From positions 32,001 through 96,000 of the forward strand of contig CAVUPH010000017.1 of assembly GCA_963743305.1 (NCBI GenBank): a DNA stretch of 64,000 bases, given 5' to 3'. Origin of the DNA: an uncultured delta proteobacterium (GTDB lineage: Bacteria > Desulfobacterota > RBG-13-43-22). Shown here one piece after another: positions 28,467-37,348 of the stretch. The translations under genes and the position numbers were made by a program. The notes under the pieces were generated by a model. It ran no database searches, was not told the DNA's origin, and saw nothing but the letters and a program-made list of their open reading frames with translations. Position 1 is the first letter of the stretch, and every line of letters begins with the position of its first letter.

Positions 28467-29141
28467 ATGGTTGCTTCCTGGATAGCGTCCACCAAAGCTT
28501 TTCTATTCGATTTTGACGGGACCCTGGCCAGACTGAATATCGACTTTCAAGCCCTTCGCCTGGAAATCCTGGCTTTGGCCCGGGACTTCGGGCTTAAGGA
28601 GCCCACCCTTCCGGACCCACCCTATCTCCTGGAAATGGCCGGCGCCTTAAGCGCCGAGTTGGCCGTCCGAGAACCCGGCCAGGCCGCCGTTTTCCTCAAT
28701 CGCTCTCTGGCGTTAATCGAAGCCCGGGAAAGGGAGGCCGCCGTCCCGGAGAACCTCTTTTCCTACACCCCCCGGGTCTTAGCCGGTCTGCTCCGGGAGA
28801 ACTTCCAAGTTGCCATTCTGACCCGCAATTCAGGGGCTTCAGTCCGTAAGGTTTTTCCGGAAATCGATCGCTATTGTCACCTCTTTTTGCCCCGCGAAGC
28901 CGTACCCCGGCCTAAACCCGATCCGGGACATCTCCTGGCGGCCTTGCATCGTTTCCAGGTCCCGGCCCGAGAAGCCGCGATGGTGGGGGATCACCCTCTT
29001 GATATCTTTTCAGGTAAAAAGACCGGCACTTGGACTATCGGCGTGTTGACCGGGCGGACGGGCGCCGCGGAATTGGAAGCCGCCCAGGCCGATATCGTCC
29101 TGTCCGATGTGGCGGAACTGCTGGGGTTAGTATGTAAATAG
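28467..29141 (+). CDS. HAD-superfamily hydrolase (phosphoglycolate phosphatase-like)
   Basis: FDFDGTL, ILTRN, KPDP, MVGDHPLD motifs. Confidence 0.93.
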   Translation: MVASWIASTKAFLFDFDGTLARLNIDFQALRLEILALARDFGLKEPTLPDPPYLLEMAGALSAELAVREPGQAAVFLNRSLALIEAREREAAVPENLFSYTPRVLAGLLRENFQVAILTRNSGASVRKVFPEIDRYCHLFLPREAVPRPKPDPGHLLAALHRFQVPAREAAMVGDHPLDIFSGKKTGTWTIGVLTGRTGAAELEAAQADIVLSDVAELLGLVCK

Positions 29142-29202
29142 CTTCCTGGGCTTGGAAGCGCCCAGACCGACTCGGTCTTAACCTGGGCATTCCTCCTTGA
29201 GC

Positions 29203-29254
29203 ATTTTCATGCTTTGGGGCGACCGCCCCGGACATGAGGGGTTAGAATGAAAAA
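29203..29254. repeat. Short repeat family C (ATTTTCATGCTT...CATG..GGGTTAG)
   Basis: Related reverse-complement copy at 48549-48594. Confidence 0.6.
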
Positions 29255-29438
29255 CCTCTTTAGGGGATTAGGCCCTCCTCCCCCCGAACCGTCACGGCAA
29301 TAGCAGCGGGAACCGGCCACCCGTCTGGTGGGGCTCACCAAGAAAAACTCGGAAGACCCCCTCTAATCCCTGGCCATCGGCCCAATTATTCATCTGGACA
29401 GTTTGTTTTTCTTGCCTTATCCTTCATGAATTAATTGT

Positions 29439-29593
29439 GATGGTTTCGCAAAAAGTCCCCAGTGCTGTCATTGCGAGGAGTGAAGCGACGAAGCAATCCC
29501 CAAGAATCAGCCGGTTACCATGGTAGGGTTAGCTTCCCCCGGATCAAGTCCGGGGTCGCAATGACAGGTTCTTGGACTTTTTGCGAGGTTGTC
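29439..29593. mobile_element. MITE family A shell carrying a different REP-like core
   Basis: GATGGTTTCGCAAAAAGTCC...GGACTTTTTGCGAGGTTGTC ends; flanks AATTGT/GATTGT; core TGTCATTGCGAG...GAAGCAATCC...CGCAATGACA. Confidence 0.8.
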
Positions 29594-29616
29594 GATTGTA
29601 ATAGCTTCTATAATTA

Positions 29617-30540
29617 ATGACTGAACTCAAAGACGCGCTTCCGTTGCATCCGACCTCTCCGCCCTGCAATCTTGCACTCCAAACGACTAACGCATGCAAT
29701 TTTAAATGTGTGATGTGTGCGTATAAAGACGTGCGCCGATCACAGCCCCGTAATGACATGTCTATGGAATTGTATACTAAAATAATCGACCAGTTCCTGG
29801 AAATGGATAGGTTGGAAAGGGTGGGACTGTCACTGCAATGCGAACCGCTGCTAGATGAACATCTGCTTAAAAAGATTCAATATGTTAAGATGAAAAAGCC
29901 ATTGGCGCGGATCGGGTTATCAACCAACGCTTTTTTGCTCAGCCAAGACATGTACAAAAGGCTTTATGACCATGGGTTGGATGCATTGAACATCAGCCTT
30001 AATGCCGTTGAGGAAAAGACTTTTAAGGCCGTTGGCGGAACAGGCTACCGGCAAGTGATGGAACACACTGTTTTCGCCATAAAAAACAAGCCCAATGGAT
30101 TGCGCCTGACCATCACCTCCATGCTCGTGCGAGAAAACATCATCGAATTGGTGCAGGGGAAACATCCTGTTTTAGAATTAATTAAAGAGTCTGGCATTCC
30201 AAGAGACATGGGGCCTATATCCAATCACTGCGGCAGTTTGTCGAACTATGAACCAATGGTTGTATTTCCAGAGATGCAAAGCTCGGCAAAAAAACTTTAT
30301 TGCCACGACATTTTTGAAGCGGCTTATGTTTTGTCTAACGGCGATCTCATCGGATGCTGTAGTGATTGGAGGAGAAAATCTGTTCTTGGCAATCTCGCCG
30401 AACATAATTTTTTTGATATATGGCAAAGTCAAAAGACGGCGAAGCGGCGCGATCAAATGATGCAGGGAGACCTTTCCCAGATAGAGCCATGCAAACAATG
30501 CAGCCAAGGATGGAATATCATGAAAAATCGAGGAAAGTAA
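29617..30540 (+). CDS. Radical SAM protein with C-terminal SPASM/twitch domain
   Basis: CNFKCVMC motif, EPLLD, STNAFLL, C-terminal C...GDLIGCC...LGN...IW...CKQC; visibly AT-richer than its neighbours. Confidence 0.92.
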   Translation: MTELKDALPLHPTSPPCNLALQTTNACNFKCVMCAYKDVRRSQPRNDMSMELYTKIIDQFLEMDRLERVGLSLQCEPLLDEHLLKKIQYVKMKKPLARIGLSTNAFLLSQDMYKRLYDHGLDALNISLNAVEEKTFKAVGGTGYRQVMEHTVFAIKNKPNGLRLTITSMLVRENIIELVQGKHPVLELIKESGIPRDMGPISNHCGSLSNYEPMVVFPEMQSSAKKLYCHDIFEAAYVLSNGDLIGCCSDWRRKSVLGNLAEHNFFDIWQSQKTAKRRDQMMQGDLSQIEPCKQCSQGWNIMKNRGK

Positions 30541-30687
30541 ATATTAGGCTGGTGGAATTCGGTGAATGGCTATCGATGATTTCCATTGATAAATAACAAA
30601 TCGTAAAAGCCTTGATTCTGTTTGTCCGTAGGCGGTTGACGAAGGCATCAAAGCGCTGGAGAGCCTGGAAAGTTATTTTCGTGATGG

Positions 30688-31008
30688 CTAATGGATCGGC
30701 GGCCGCGGATTTTCTTCTACGGGAAGCCCGCGCCGCCGCGTCTGCATCTGCAGGTAGCCGTCGCTGAAGGGGTAGGGGCCGCCTTTAAAATGGTGACAGG
30801 GGAATTTGTCGCAGTCGCGCAGACAGTATTCCACCTTGCGCTCCACCGCGCAATTCAGAATGGGGCAAACTCCGCCGATCAGCCGCAACTGGGTCACCAA
30901 TTTTCGATTGGCCTGCTCCGATCGCCCGGATCCGCAGGGGCTGCATTTTCCTTCCGCAAAGAGTCGACAGGTCAAGCAATTGATGCCGCAGGCCCCGGTA
31001 CCTTCCAT
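30688..31008 (-). CDS. Small Cys-rich protein, DUF3795-like
   Basis: ACGINCLTC...CSPC...CPILNC...YCLRDCDKFPC. Confidence 0.75.
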   Translation of the reverse strand: MEGTGACGINCLTCRLFAEGKCSPCGSGRSEQANRKLVTQLRLIGGVCPILNCAVERKVEYCLRDCDKFPCHHFKGGPYPFSDGYLQMQTRRRGLPVEENPRPPIH

Positions 31009-31019
31009 TTTTATTCCTC

Positions 31020-32366
31020 CTAAAAAGAACAGACCGCTCGAACGTAATAGTGGCAGGTAAAATCCTGCCAGAAAACAAACCCCAAGTCAATGCTGACAAA
31101 CCAGGCGGCGTTGAAAGAACGGCGATCGGCGCTCCAGAGGCATTTCTGAGCGGAATCGAAAGGTGGGGCCGGGCAGCAGGCGTCGACCCCGGGAGTTTCT
31201 GTGGTCAGGGAACACAACTCATCTACCGTGGGGAGGCGCCAATCCGACCGTCCGGCGAACCGGTCCCGGTTAAGCCCCTGAACATAGATCCGGGCCTCCG
31301 GCCAGGTCAGAGGGTATTCGGAACCGGATTGTTCCCAGAGCAGATCATGAGACCGATCGGCTACTGTTCCGTCGTCCATTTCTTGCCAATCCGGATGGGA
31401 ATAAGACCGGGGCCGCCACAATTCGTCCATTCCAAAAATGGCGCGGGCCTCAGCCGGACGAACCTTGATCGGGTTCCGACGCAACGGAGGGGGGGGCTTA
31501 TTTTCCAGGGGCTGCTCATCCGGGACGGGCGCCGGGCGACAAGCCTGCTCCCGGACGGTCTCCCACTGGAGTCGCAGTCGCTCCAATTCCTCCAGCATTT
31601 CCCCGGCCGAGTCAAATCGGTCTTCCTTTTCGAAAGCGGCGCCCCTGAATAAAAAGGCCTCCCAGTGGGAATCCAAATCGGCAGGGCTGCGGCTCGCCGG
31701 CCGCCGGTCTTCCGAGGGAAGGCAGCCGGTGGCCAGACGGTACAGCGTTACCCCGACCGAGTAGAGGTCGGCCCGGACATCAACCCGATCCGGGTCCTGC
31801 TCCTGTTCCGGAGCGGCATAGTAGGGGGTCCCAATCTTCAGATTGTCCGGAGCCGGCAAAGTTTCTCCGCGAAGTAAGGACAAACCGAAATCGCCTATTT
31901 TTATGGTGTCCTCTTCGCTGATCAGGAAATTGAAGGGCTTCAGGTCTCGGTGAATGATCCCGGCTTCGTGGAGGCGGGCCAGCCCCTTTAAAATATGCCG
32001 ACCATAACGCATAATCCGGTCCGGTTTCAGCCGGCGGGTCGGGTTCTCCACCTCTCCGGATTCCCCGATCAGTGTCCCCAAGTTGTTGCAATAATATTCC
32101 ATGACAAAAAACGGCGTTCCCTCAACTTCATCAAAATCCCAGACTGCCAAGAGGTTGGGATGACGCAGTCTGGACATGATAACGGCCTCGTTGATAAAGC
32201 GTTTCTTCAGCTCCTTTTCTCCCAGGAGGCTTATCAGAATCGGATGGGGGTGAAGTAGTTTCAAGGCCATTATTTTTTCGATCACCGGCAGCCGCACCTT
32301 GTAAACCAGGGCCATGCCGCCGCGCCCCAAAAGCCCACAGATTTCATATCGTCCTATTCTGCGCAT
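31020..32366 (-). CDS. Hanks-type Ser/Thr protein kinase fused to a DUF1566 (Lcl C-terminal) domain
   Basis: LGRGGMALVY, ALK, HRDLKPFN, DFGL, GTPYYAAPEQ; C-terminal DGTVAD...LLWEQ...DWRLPTVDEL...VRAV. Confidence 0.93.
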   Translation of the reverse strand: MRRIGRYEICGLLGRGGMALVYKVRLPVIEKIMALKLLHPHPILISLLGEKELKKRFINEAVIMSRLRHPNLLAVWDFDEVEGTPFFVMEYYCNNLGTLIGESGEVENPTRRLKPDRIMRYGRHILKGLARLHEAGIIHRDLKPFNFLISEEDTIKIGDFGLSLLRGETLPAPDNLKIGTPYYAAPEQEQDPDRVDVRADLYSVGVTLYRLATGCLPSEDRRPASRSPADLDSHWEAFLFRGAAFEKEDRFDSAGEMLEELERLRLQWETVREQACRPAPVPDEQPLENKPPPPLRRNPIKVRPAEARAIFGMDELWRPRSYSHPDWQEMDDGTVADRSHDLLWEQSGSEYPLTWPEARIYVQGLNRDRFAGRSDWRLPTVDELCSLTTETPGVDACCPAPPFDSAQKCLWSADRRSFNAAWFVSIDLGFVFWQDFTCHYYVRAVCSF

Positions 32367-32397
32367 TCTATTTTCTTATTCATAACTTAAAGGACGC

Positions 32398-32706
32398 TTC
32401 GCCCTTTTGGGTGGGTAGTCCCTAGATCTGGTATGGCCGCGGGGTCTTGGCCAAAGGGTTTTCCAAAGGTACTCCGGACTTCGAATCCGGGCCTAACTTG
32501 CTAATTTTATTTAAAGCAGGCCCATACTCAGTGTATTTTAATATCTTCTTGGCTAGCCCTATCTTCTGGAAACTTTGAATGTCAGGGGGCCGGGTTAGAA
32601 CCTAAAAAGCAATATGGAAAGCCCTTTCGCCAAGACCCCGCGGCCACGGAGACCCGATTTCAGGTTAATCTACTATATATTATGGCCACCCACCCAAAAG
32701 GGCGAA
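32398..32706. repeat. 309-bp element with nested long inverted repeats
   Basis: Perfect 19-bp outer IR (32398-32416 / 32688-32706) and a 31-bp inner IR with 2 mismatches (32434-32464 / 32616-32646). Confidence 0.85.
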
Positions 32707-32713
32707 TAACCAC

Positions 32714-33439
32714 TTAAAAAAGTCGCCGGGCGTTGTATTCCGGAAAACCCAGGCCCAAAATTTTTTCGGCGGTTCTGGCTATATTATAGGTTACGTAGCG
32801 CAGTTCGAGGGTGGAGGAGCGACTATCCCAGATCACATACTTGGCCTGGTTGTTGCCATCCCGGGGCTGGCCCACACTCCCCACGTTGACCAGATATTTG
32901 ACCCCCTCGCGCAGGAGAAAGAGCCCGCGTTTGAAGGGGAGGTTCGTGATGCCCTGACCCTCGGAGGCGATGAGATGCAGGTCGTGGGTGTGACCGATAA
33001 AGCATATCCTTTCCGGCAGGGCCGCCAAAATTCGATGGATTTCCTGGTCGGGGACTTCGTAAAGATAGGTGGTGATCGAATCGGGCGGAAAGCCGTGGAC
33101 GAACCGGCAGTCCTGGTCCAACAGGAAGGGGCTGAGCCCTTTGAAATAGTTCAGTGACTCTTGCGATAACAAGCGCCGGGTTATCCCTAAGGAGATCCGG
33201 GTGGGCTTGTTGAACCAGCCCAGATAGCTGGGATCGACCAGACCCAGTTCGTGATTGCCCATGACCACGGGAATTTTCAGCGCCCGGATTTCCCGAATAA
33301 CTTCCTCCGGTTCCGGTCCGTACCCCACGCAATCGCCCAGGCAGAACAGGGAATCAATCCGGTTTCGATCCATATCGGCCAAGACTTTTTTGAGGGCGTC
33401 CCAATTGCCATGAATATCCGAGAAGACGGCCAACCGCAT
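32714..33439 (-). CDS. Metallophosphoesterase family protein
   Basis: SDIHGN, LGDCVGYG, GNHE, HG, GHTH, NVGSVGQPRDG. Confidence 0.95.
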   Translation of the reverse strand: MRLAVFSDIHGNWDALKKVLADMDRNRIDSLFCLGDCVGYGPEPEEVIREIRALKIPVVMGNHELGLVDPSYLGWFNKPTRISLGITRRLLSQESLNYFKGLSPFLLDQDCRFVHGFPPDSITTYLYEVPDQEIHRILAALPERICFIGHTHDLHLIASEGQGITNLPFKRGLFLLREGVKYLVNVGSVGQPRDGNNQAKYVIWDSRSSTLELRYVTYNIARTAEKILGLGFPEYNARRLF

Positions 33440-33614
33440 GGTTTATATTATCCCAGAGAACCCTTAAAAGTAATCAAAAAATAATGTAATCTTTGGTTAG
33501 AAAGGGTTCAAGCAGAACGGAGTGTTGGCCGAAGAAAGACCTGGCAGGGGAGTGCGCGTTCCGTGTATAATACACTTAGGCGGATTCCCCGGCCCGTTTG
33601 AGAAAGGATGGTTT

Positions 33615-36350
33615 ATGATGAATAAAATGCAGCCCCTTTACTACCCTCCCCCGTATCAGGATTCCGCCGCCTATGGGCGGCTGATTTTGCGGGACGGTTC
33701 CACGGCCTCTATTCACGTCGCCACGCCCAAAGACCAGCAGGCCCTTCGTGATTTTTTTGAACGGCTTTCTCCGGAGTCCCGCTACCAGCGGTTTTTCAGT
33801 TTTCGTTTGCCGGACGATCAACTCATTGCCACCTTATGTGATTCCTCCAATCCTCGGGAATGCCTGACCCTGATCGTCACCCGGATCATCGAGGGCGCCC
33901 CCCGCGTCATCGCCACGGGGTCCTATGTTCTGGCGGAGCCGAAAAAGGCGGAGGTGGGGGTAGCGGCCGCCGATCAATTCCAGGGCAAAGGTCTGGCTAC
34001 GCTGCTCTTGGAGCGGCTCTCTCTGCTGGCGGTCCGCAACGGCATCCTGCGCTTTCAAGCGGTGACCCACGCCGACAATCGGCGTATGCTGGAAATATTT
34101 CAACATTCGGGTTTTCTTTTAGAGCAGCAGGCCAACCAGGGCCTGATCGATATCGAGCTCTCGGTCCAGTCCGGAGAGGACAGCGTGACTCGATCGGAAT
34201 TACGGGACCGCGTTTACACCACCGCCTCCTTGCTTCCTTTTTTTCGTCCCAATGCCGTGGCGGTGATCGGGGCCTCCCGGAGGGAATCCAGCCTGGGGTT
34301 TATGGTGGTGGAATCTCTGATGACCAACCGGTTTCAAGGTCCGGTATATCCGGTGAATCCCAAGGCCGAGGTGATCTACTCCATCCGAGCCTCCCATTCG
34401 GTCCGGGAACTGCCTGAGCAGGTGGATTTGGCCGTAGTGGTCGTCCCCAAGGAAGCGGTGTTGCAGGTGGTCGATGATTGTGCCGCCCTCGGGGTGCGGG
34501 CCTTGATCGTCATCACCGCTGGCTATGCCGAAGAGGGTGCTGACGGCCGTCTATTGCAGGAGGCCCTGGTGGAAAAAGTCCGAGGCTACGGCATGCGGCT
34601 GGTGGGGCCCAACTGCCTGGGGCTGATGAACACCGATCCTGAAATTCGAATGAACGCCTCCTTTTCCCCCATTTTCCCTCCGGCCGGGAGGATCGCCATG
34701 TCTTCCCAGAGCGGGGCCTTGGGGCTGGCCATCCTGGGGTTTACCAAGCAATTGAACCTGGGGCTTTCCAAGTTCATTAGTATCGGCAATAAAGCGGATG
34801 TTACCGGGAACGACCTCCTTCAATATTGGGAAGGGGACCCTCATACCGATGTGATCCTCCTCTACCTGGAATCGTTCGGTAATCCCCGCCGCTTTGCCCG
34901 AATTGCCCGCCGGGTCAGCCGATCGAAGCCCATCGTAGCCGTAAAAAGCGGAAGGACCACGGCCGGGAAGCGGGCAGCCGGATCCCACACCGCGGCACTG
35001 GCCGCCAGCGAGGTGGCCGTCGAAGCCCTTTTCCACCAAACCGGAGTTATCCGGGCCGAAACGCTGGAAGAGATGTTCGACCTGGCGGCCGTCCTGGGTA
35101 GCCAACCGTTGCCCCCCGGCCGGCGGGTAGCCATTGTCACCAACGCCGGAGGCCCGGGGATCCTCTGCGCCGATACCTGTGAAGCGGGGGGAATGAAGGT
35201 TTCGGAACTTACCGGAAAAATCCAGGCCGATCTGCGAGCCGTTATTCCCAAAGCCGCCAGCCTCGGGAATCCCGTCGACATGATCGCTTCGGCGACCCCC
35301 GAAGAATACCAAAAGGCCATTGAGGTTTTGCTTTCGGCCGAGGAAGTGGATGCCTTGATCGTCATTTATATTCCGGTCATTGCCGAGACCGAAACCGTCT
35401 CTCGGGCGATTTATCGAGGGGTCTCGGCGGCCCGGGCCGCCGGCGCCGTCTCTAAACCGGTGCTGGCCTGCATGATGGTCGGGGAGGGGTTGACCGGTTC
35501 CCTGAAATTGGGAGAGGAGACCATCCCGACCTTCGCCTTTCCGGAAGCAGTCGCCCGGGTCTTAACCCGGGTGGCGGAGTATGCCGAGTGGCGCCGTCTC
35601 CCCATAGGCATGTATCCGGATTTTGAAGACCTGGAGGTTGAACCGGTCCGGGCGATCTGCCAACAGGCTATCCGAGAGCGGGGAGCCGGCTGGCTCACGG
35701 CCGAAGAAATCCAAAGGATTTTTAAGGCGGTCGGGTTGCCGCAGGCCCCCGGCGGATTGGCCCGAACGGCCGAAGAAGCCGCGGAGCTGGCCGAAAAAAT
35801 GGGGTTTCCGGTGGCCGCCAAGCTGTCCTCCCTGGAGATCGTCCATAAAACCGAAGTAGGCGGAGTCCATTTGAACTTAGCCGATAAGGCCGCTGTTCGA
35901 GAGGCTTTTTTATCCATACAGTCGACCCTGGAGGCCTCCGGAAATCTTCAGGCGCTGGAAGGCGTCTGGATTCAGTCCATGATCTCCGGAGGGGTGGAGA
36001 TCATGGTGGGCGTCACCGAAGACCCGGTTTTCGGTCCCCTGGTGGCCTTTGGGCTGGGGGGAATTCATGTCGAAGTCCTGGGTGATGTGCGCTTTCGGGT
36101 AACCCCGCTCACCGATCGGGACGCCCGGGAGTTGGTCCGGGAGATCCGCGGATTTAAGCTCTTGACCGGCTACCGGGGGAGTCCACCGGCGGATATCGAA
36201 GCCCTGGAGGAGGTCCTGCTCCGGGTGTCGCGTCTGGTGGAAGAGGTCCCGGAAATAACGGATTTGGATTTAAATCCCCTCTTGACCCGGCCTCCCGGCG
36301 AAGGCTGTCTGATCGTCGATGCCCGGATTCGGGTGGAGACCAGGCCCTAG
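33615..36350 (+). CDS. GNAT acetyltransferase fused to NDP-forming acyl-CoA synthetase domains (Pat/YfiQ-like, GNAT at the N-terminus)
   Basis: LSPESRYQRFF...DQFQGKGLA GNAT; AVIGAS, YPVNP, GPNCLG, SQSGALG, GNKADV, SHTAALA; ATP-grasp HKTEVGGV, FGPLVAFGLGG, DLNPL. Confidence 0.95.
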   Translation: MMNKMQPLYYPPPYQDSAAYGRLILRDGSTASIHVATPKDQQALRDFFERLSPESRYQRFFSFRLPDDQLIATLCDSSNPRECLTLIVTRIIEGAPRVIATGSYVLAEPKKAEVGVAAADQFQGKGLATLLLERLSLLAVRNGILRFQAVTHADNRRMLEIFQHSGFLLEQQANQGLIDIELSVQSGEDSVTRSELRDRVYTTASLLPFFRPNAVAVIGASRRESSLGFMVVESLMTNRFQGPVYPVNPKAEVIYSIRASHSVRELPEQVDLAVVVVPKEAVLQVVDDCAALGVRALIVITAGYAEEGADGRLLQEALVEKVRGYGMRLVGPNCLGLMNTDPEIRMNASFSPIFPPAGRIAMSSQSGALGLAILGFTKQLNLGLSKFISIGNKADVTGNDLLQYWEGDPHTDVILLYLESFGNPRRFARIARRVSRSKPIVAVKSGRTTAGKRAAGSHTAALAASEVAVEALFHQTGVIRAETLEEMFDLAAVLGSQPLPPGRRVAIVTNAGGPGILCADTCEAGGMKVSELTGKIQADLRAVIPKAASLGNPVDMIASATPEEYQKAIEVLLSAEEVDALIVIYIPVIAETETVSRAIYRGVSAARAAGAVSKPVLACMMVGEGLTGSLKLGEETIPTFAFPEAVARVLTRVAEYAEWRRLPIGMYPDFEDLEVEPVRAICQQAIRERGAGWLTAEEIQRIFKAVGLPQAPGGLARTAEEAAELAEKMGFPVAAKLSSLEIVHKTEVGGVHLNLADKAAVREAFLSIQSTLEASGNLQALEGVWIQSMISGGVEIMVGVTEDPVFGPLVAFGLGGIHVEVLGDVRFRVTPLTDRDARELVREIRGFKLLTGYRGSPPADIEALEEVLLRVSRLVEEVPEITDLDLNPLLTRPPGEGCLIVDARIRVETRP

Positions 36351-36355
36351 CCCTA

Positions 36356-37348
36356 ATGCTTGGCGGTTCAAAATCCAAATATTTTTGGTTCGTGTTGAGC
36401 GGGATATTGGCCGGGCTCTCTCCGGCTTACGGGCAGGCCCTGCGCCAGGCGACTTTTATTCCTCAATGGATCCCGCAAGCCCAGTTCGCGGGATATTATG
36501 TGGCTTACGAAAAGGGGTATTATCGGGAAAAGGGGATCGATCTTCAGCTCCTCAAGGGCGGACCGGAACGGCCTCCTTCGGAATGGCTGGAAAAGGGGTT
36601 GGCCGATTTCGGGTCCTTGATGCTTTCCCAGGCCATCAAGAAGAGGGCCGAAGGGGTTAAGTTGGTCAACATCGGGCAGATCATCCAGAAATCCTCCCTG
36701 ATGCTGGTGGCCAAGAAATCCAGGGGGATCCGAACGGTGCCGGATCTCCAGGGTAAAAAAATAGGGCTCTGGGAAACGGAGTTTCAAATTCAGCCCAGGG
36801 CCTTCTTTAAAATGCAGGGCCTGAAAATCATTCCGGTCAGGCAATCGGAGTCCGTGAATTTATTCCTGCGCGGGGCCGTGGACGCCGCCTCCGCCACCTG
36901 GTATAACGAATACCACCTGATCCTGAACGCCGGGTTAAACCCGGAGGAAGTGACTCCCTTTTTTTTCTCGGATTACGGCTTGAACTTTCCGGAGGACGGA
37001 TTGTATTGCCTGGAAAAGACCTGGCAAAAAGATCCCGCTTTGGCCTGCCGCTTTGTCCAGGCCTCCATCGACGGCTGGCGGGAGGCCTTCGATCATCCGG
37101 AAGAAGCGTTGGATATAGTCATGAAATATGCCCGGGAGGCCAAAACGGCCACCAACCGGGCCCACCAGAAATGGATGCTCCTGCGGATGAAAGACTTGAT
37201 CCAACCACGGGCGTCTCGGCACCCCCTGGGGTTATTGTCGGCCGAGGCGTATGCCCTGGTCGGGCAGACCATGCTTCGACAGCAGGTGATCGCCGTCCTT
37301 CCGCCCTTCGAAGATTTTTTTAAGAACTGTTTCGACCGTGCGCAATAA
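36356..37348 (+). CDS. NMT1/THI5-like periplasmic substrate-binding protein
   Basis: Signal peptide; QWIPQAQFAGYYVAYEKGYYREKGID; DLQGKKIG; DYGLNFPEDGL. Confidence 0.9.
   Translation: MLGGSKSKYFWFVLSGILAGLSPAYGQALRQATFIPQWIPQAQFAGYYVAYEKGYYREKGIDLQLLKGGPERPPSEWLEKGLADFGSLMLSQAIKKRAEGVKLVNIGQIIQKSSLMLVAKKSRGIRTVPDLQGKKIGLWETEFQIQPRAFFKMQGLKIIPVRQSESVNLFLRGAVDAASATWYNEYHLILNAGLNPEEVTPFFFSDYGLNFPEDGLYCLEKTWQKDPALACRFVQASIDGWREAFDHPEEALDIVMKYAREAKTATNRAHQKWMLLRMKDLIQPRASRHPLGLLSAEAYALVGQTMLRQQVIAVLPPFEDFFKNCFDRAQ

Noticed and set aside
29275-29360. Group II intron domain V (ACGGTTCGGGGGGAGG) or cobalamin riboswitch (GGGAA...GGAAGACC) fragments
   Set aside because: Only partial words match; the catalytic-triad stem and the B12-box context are missing
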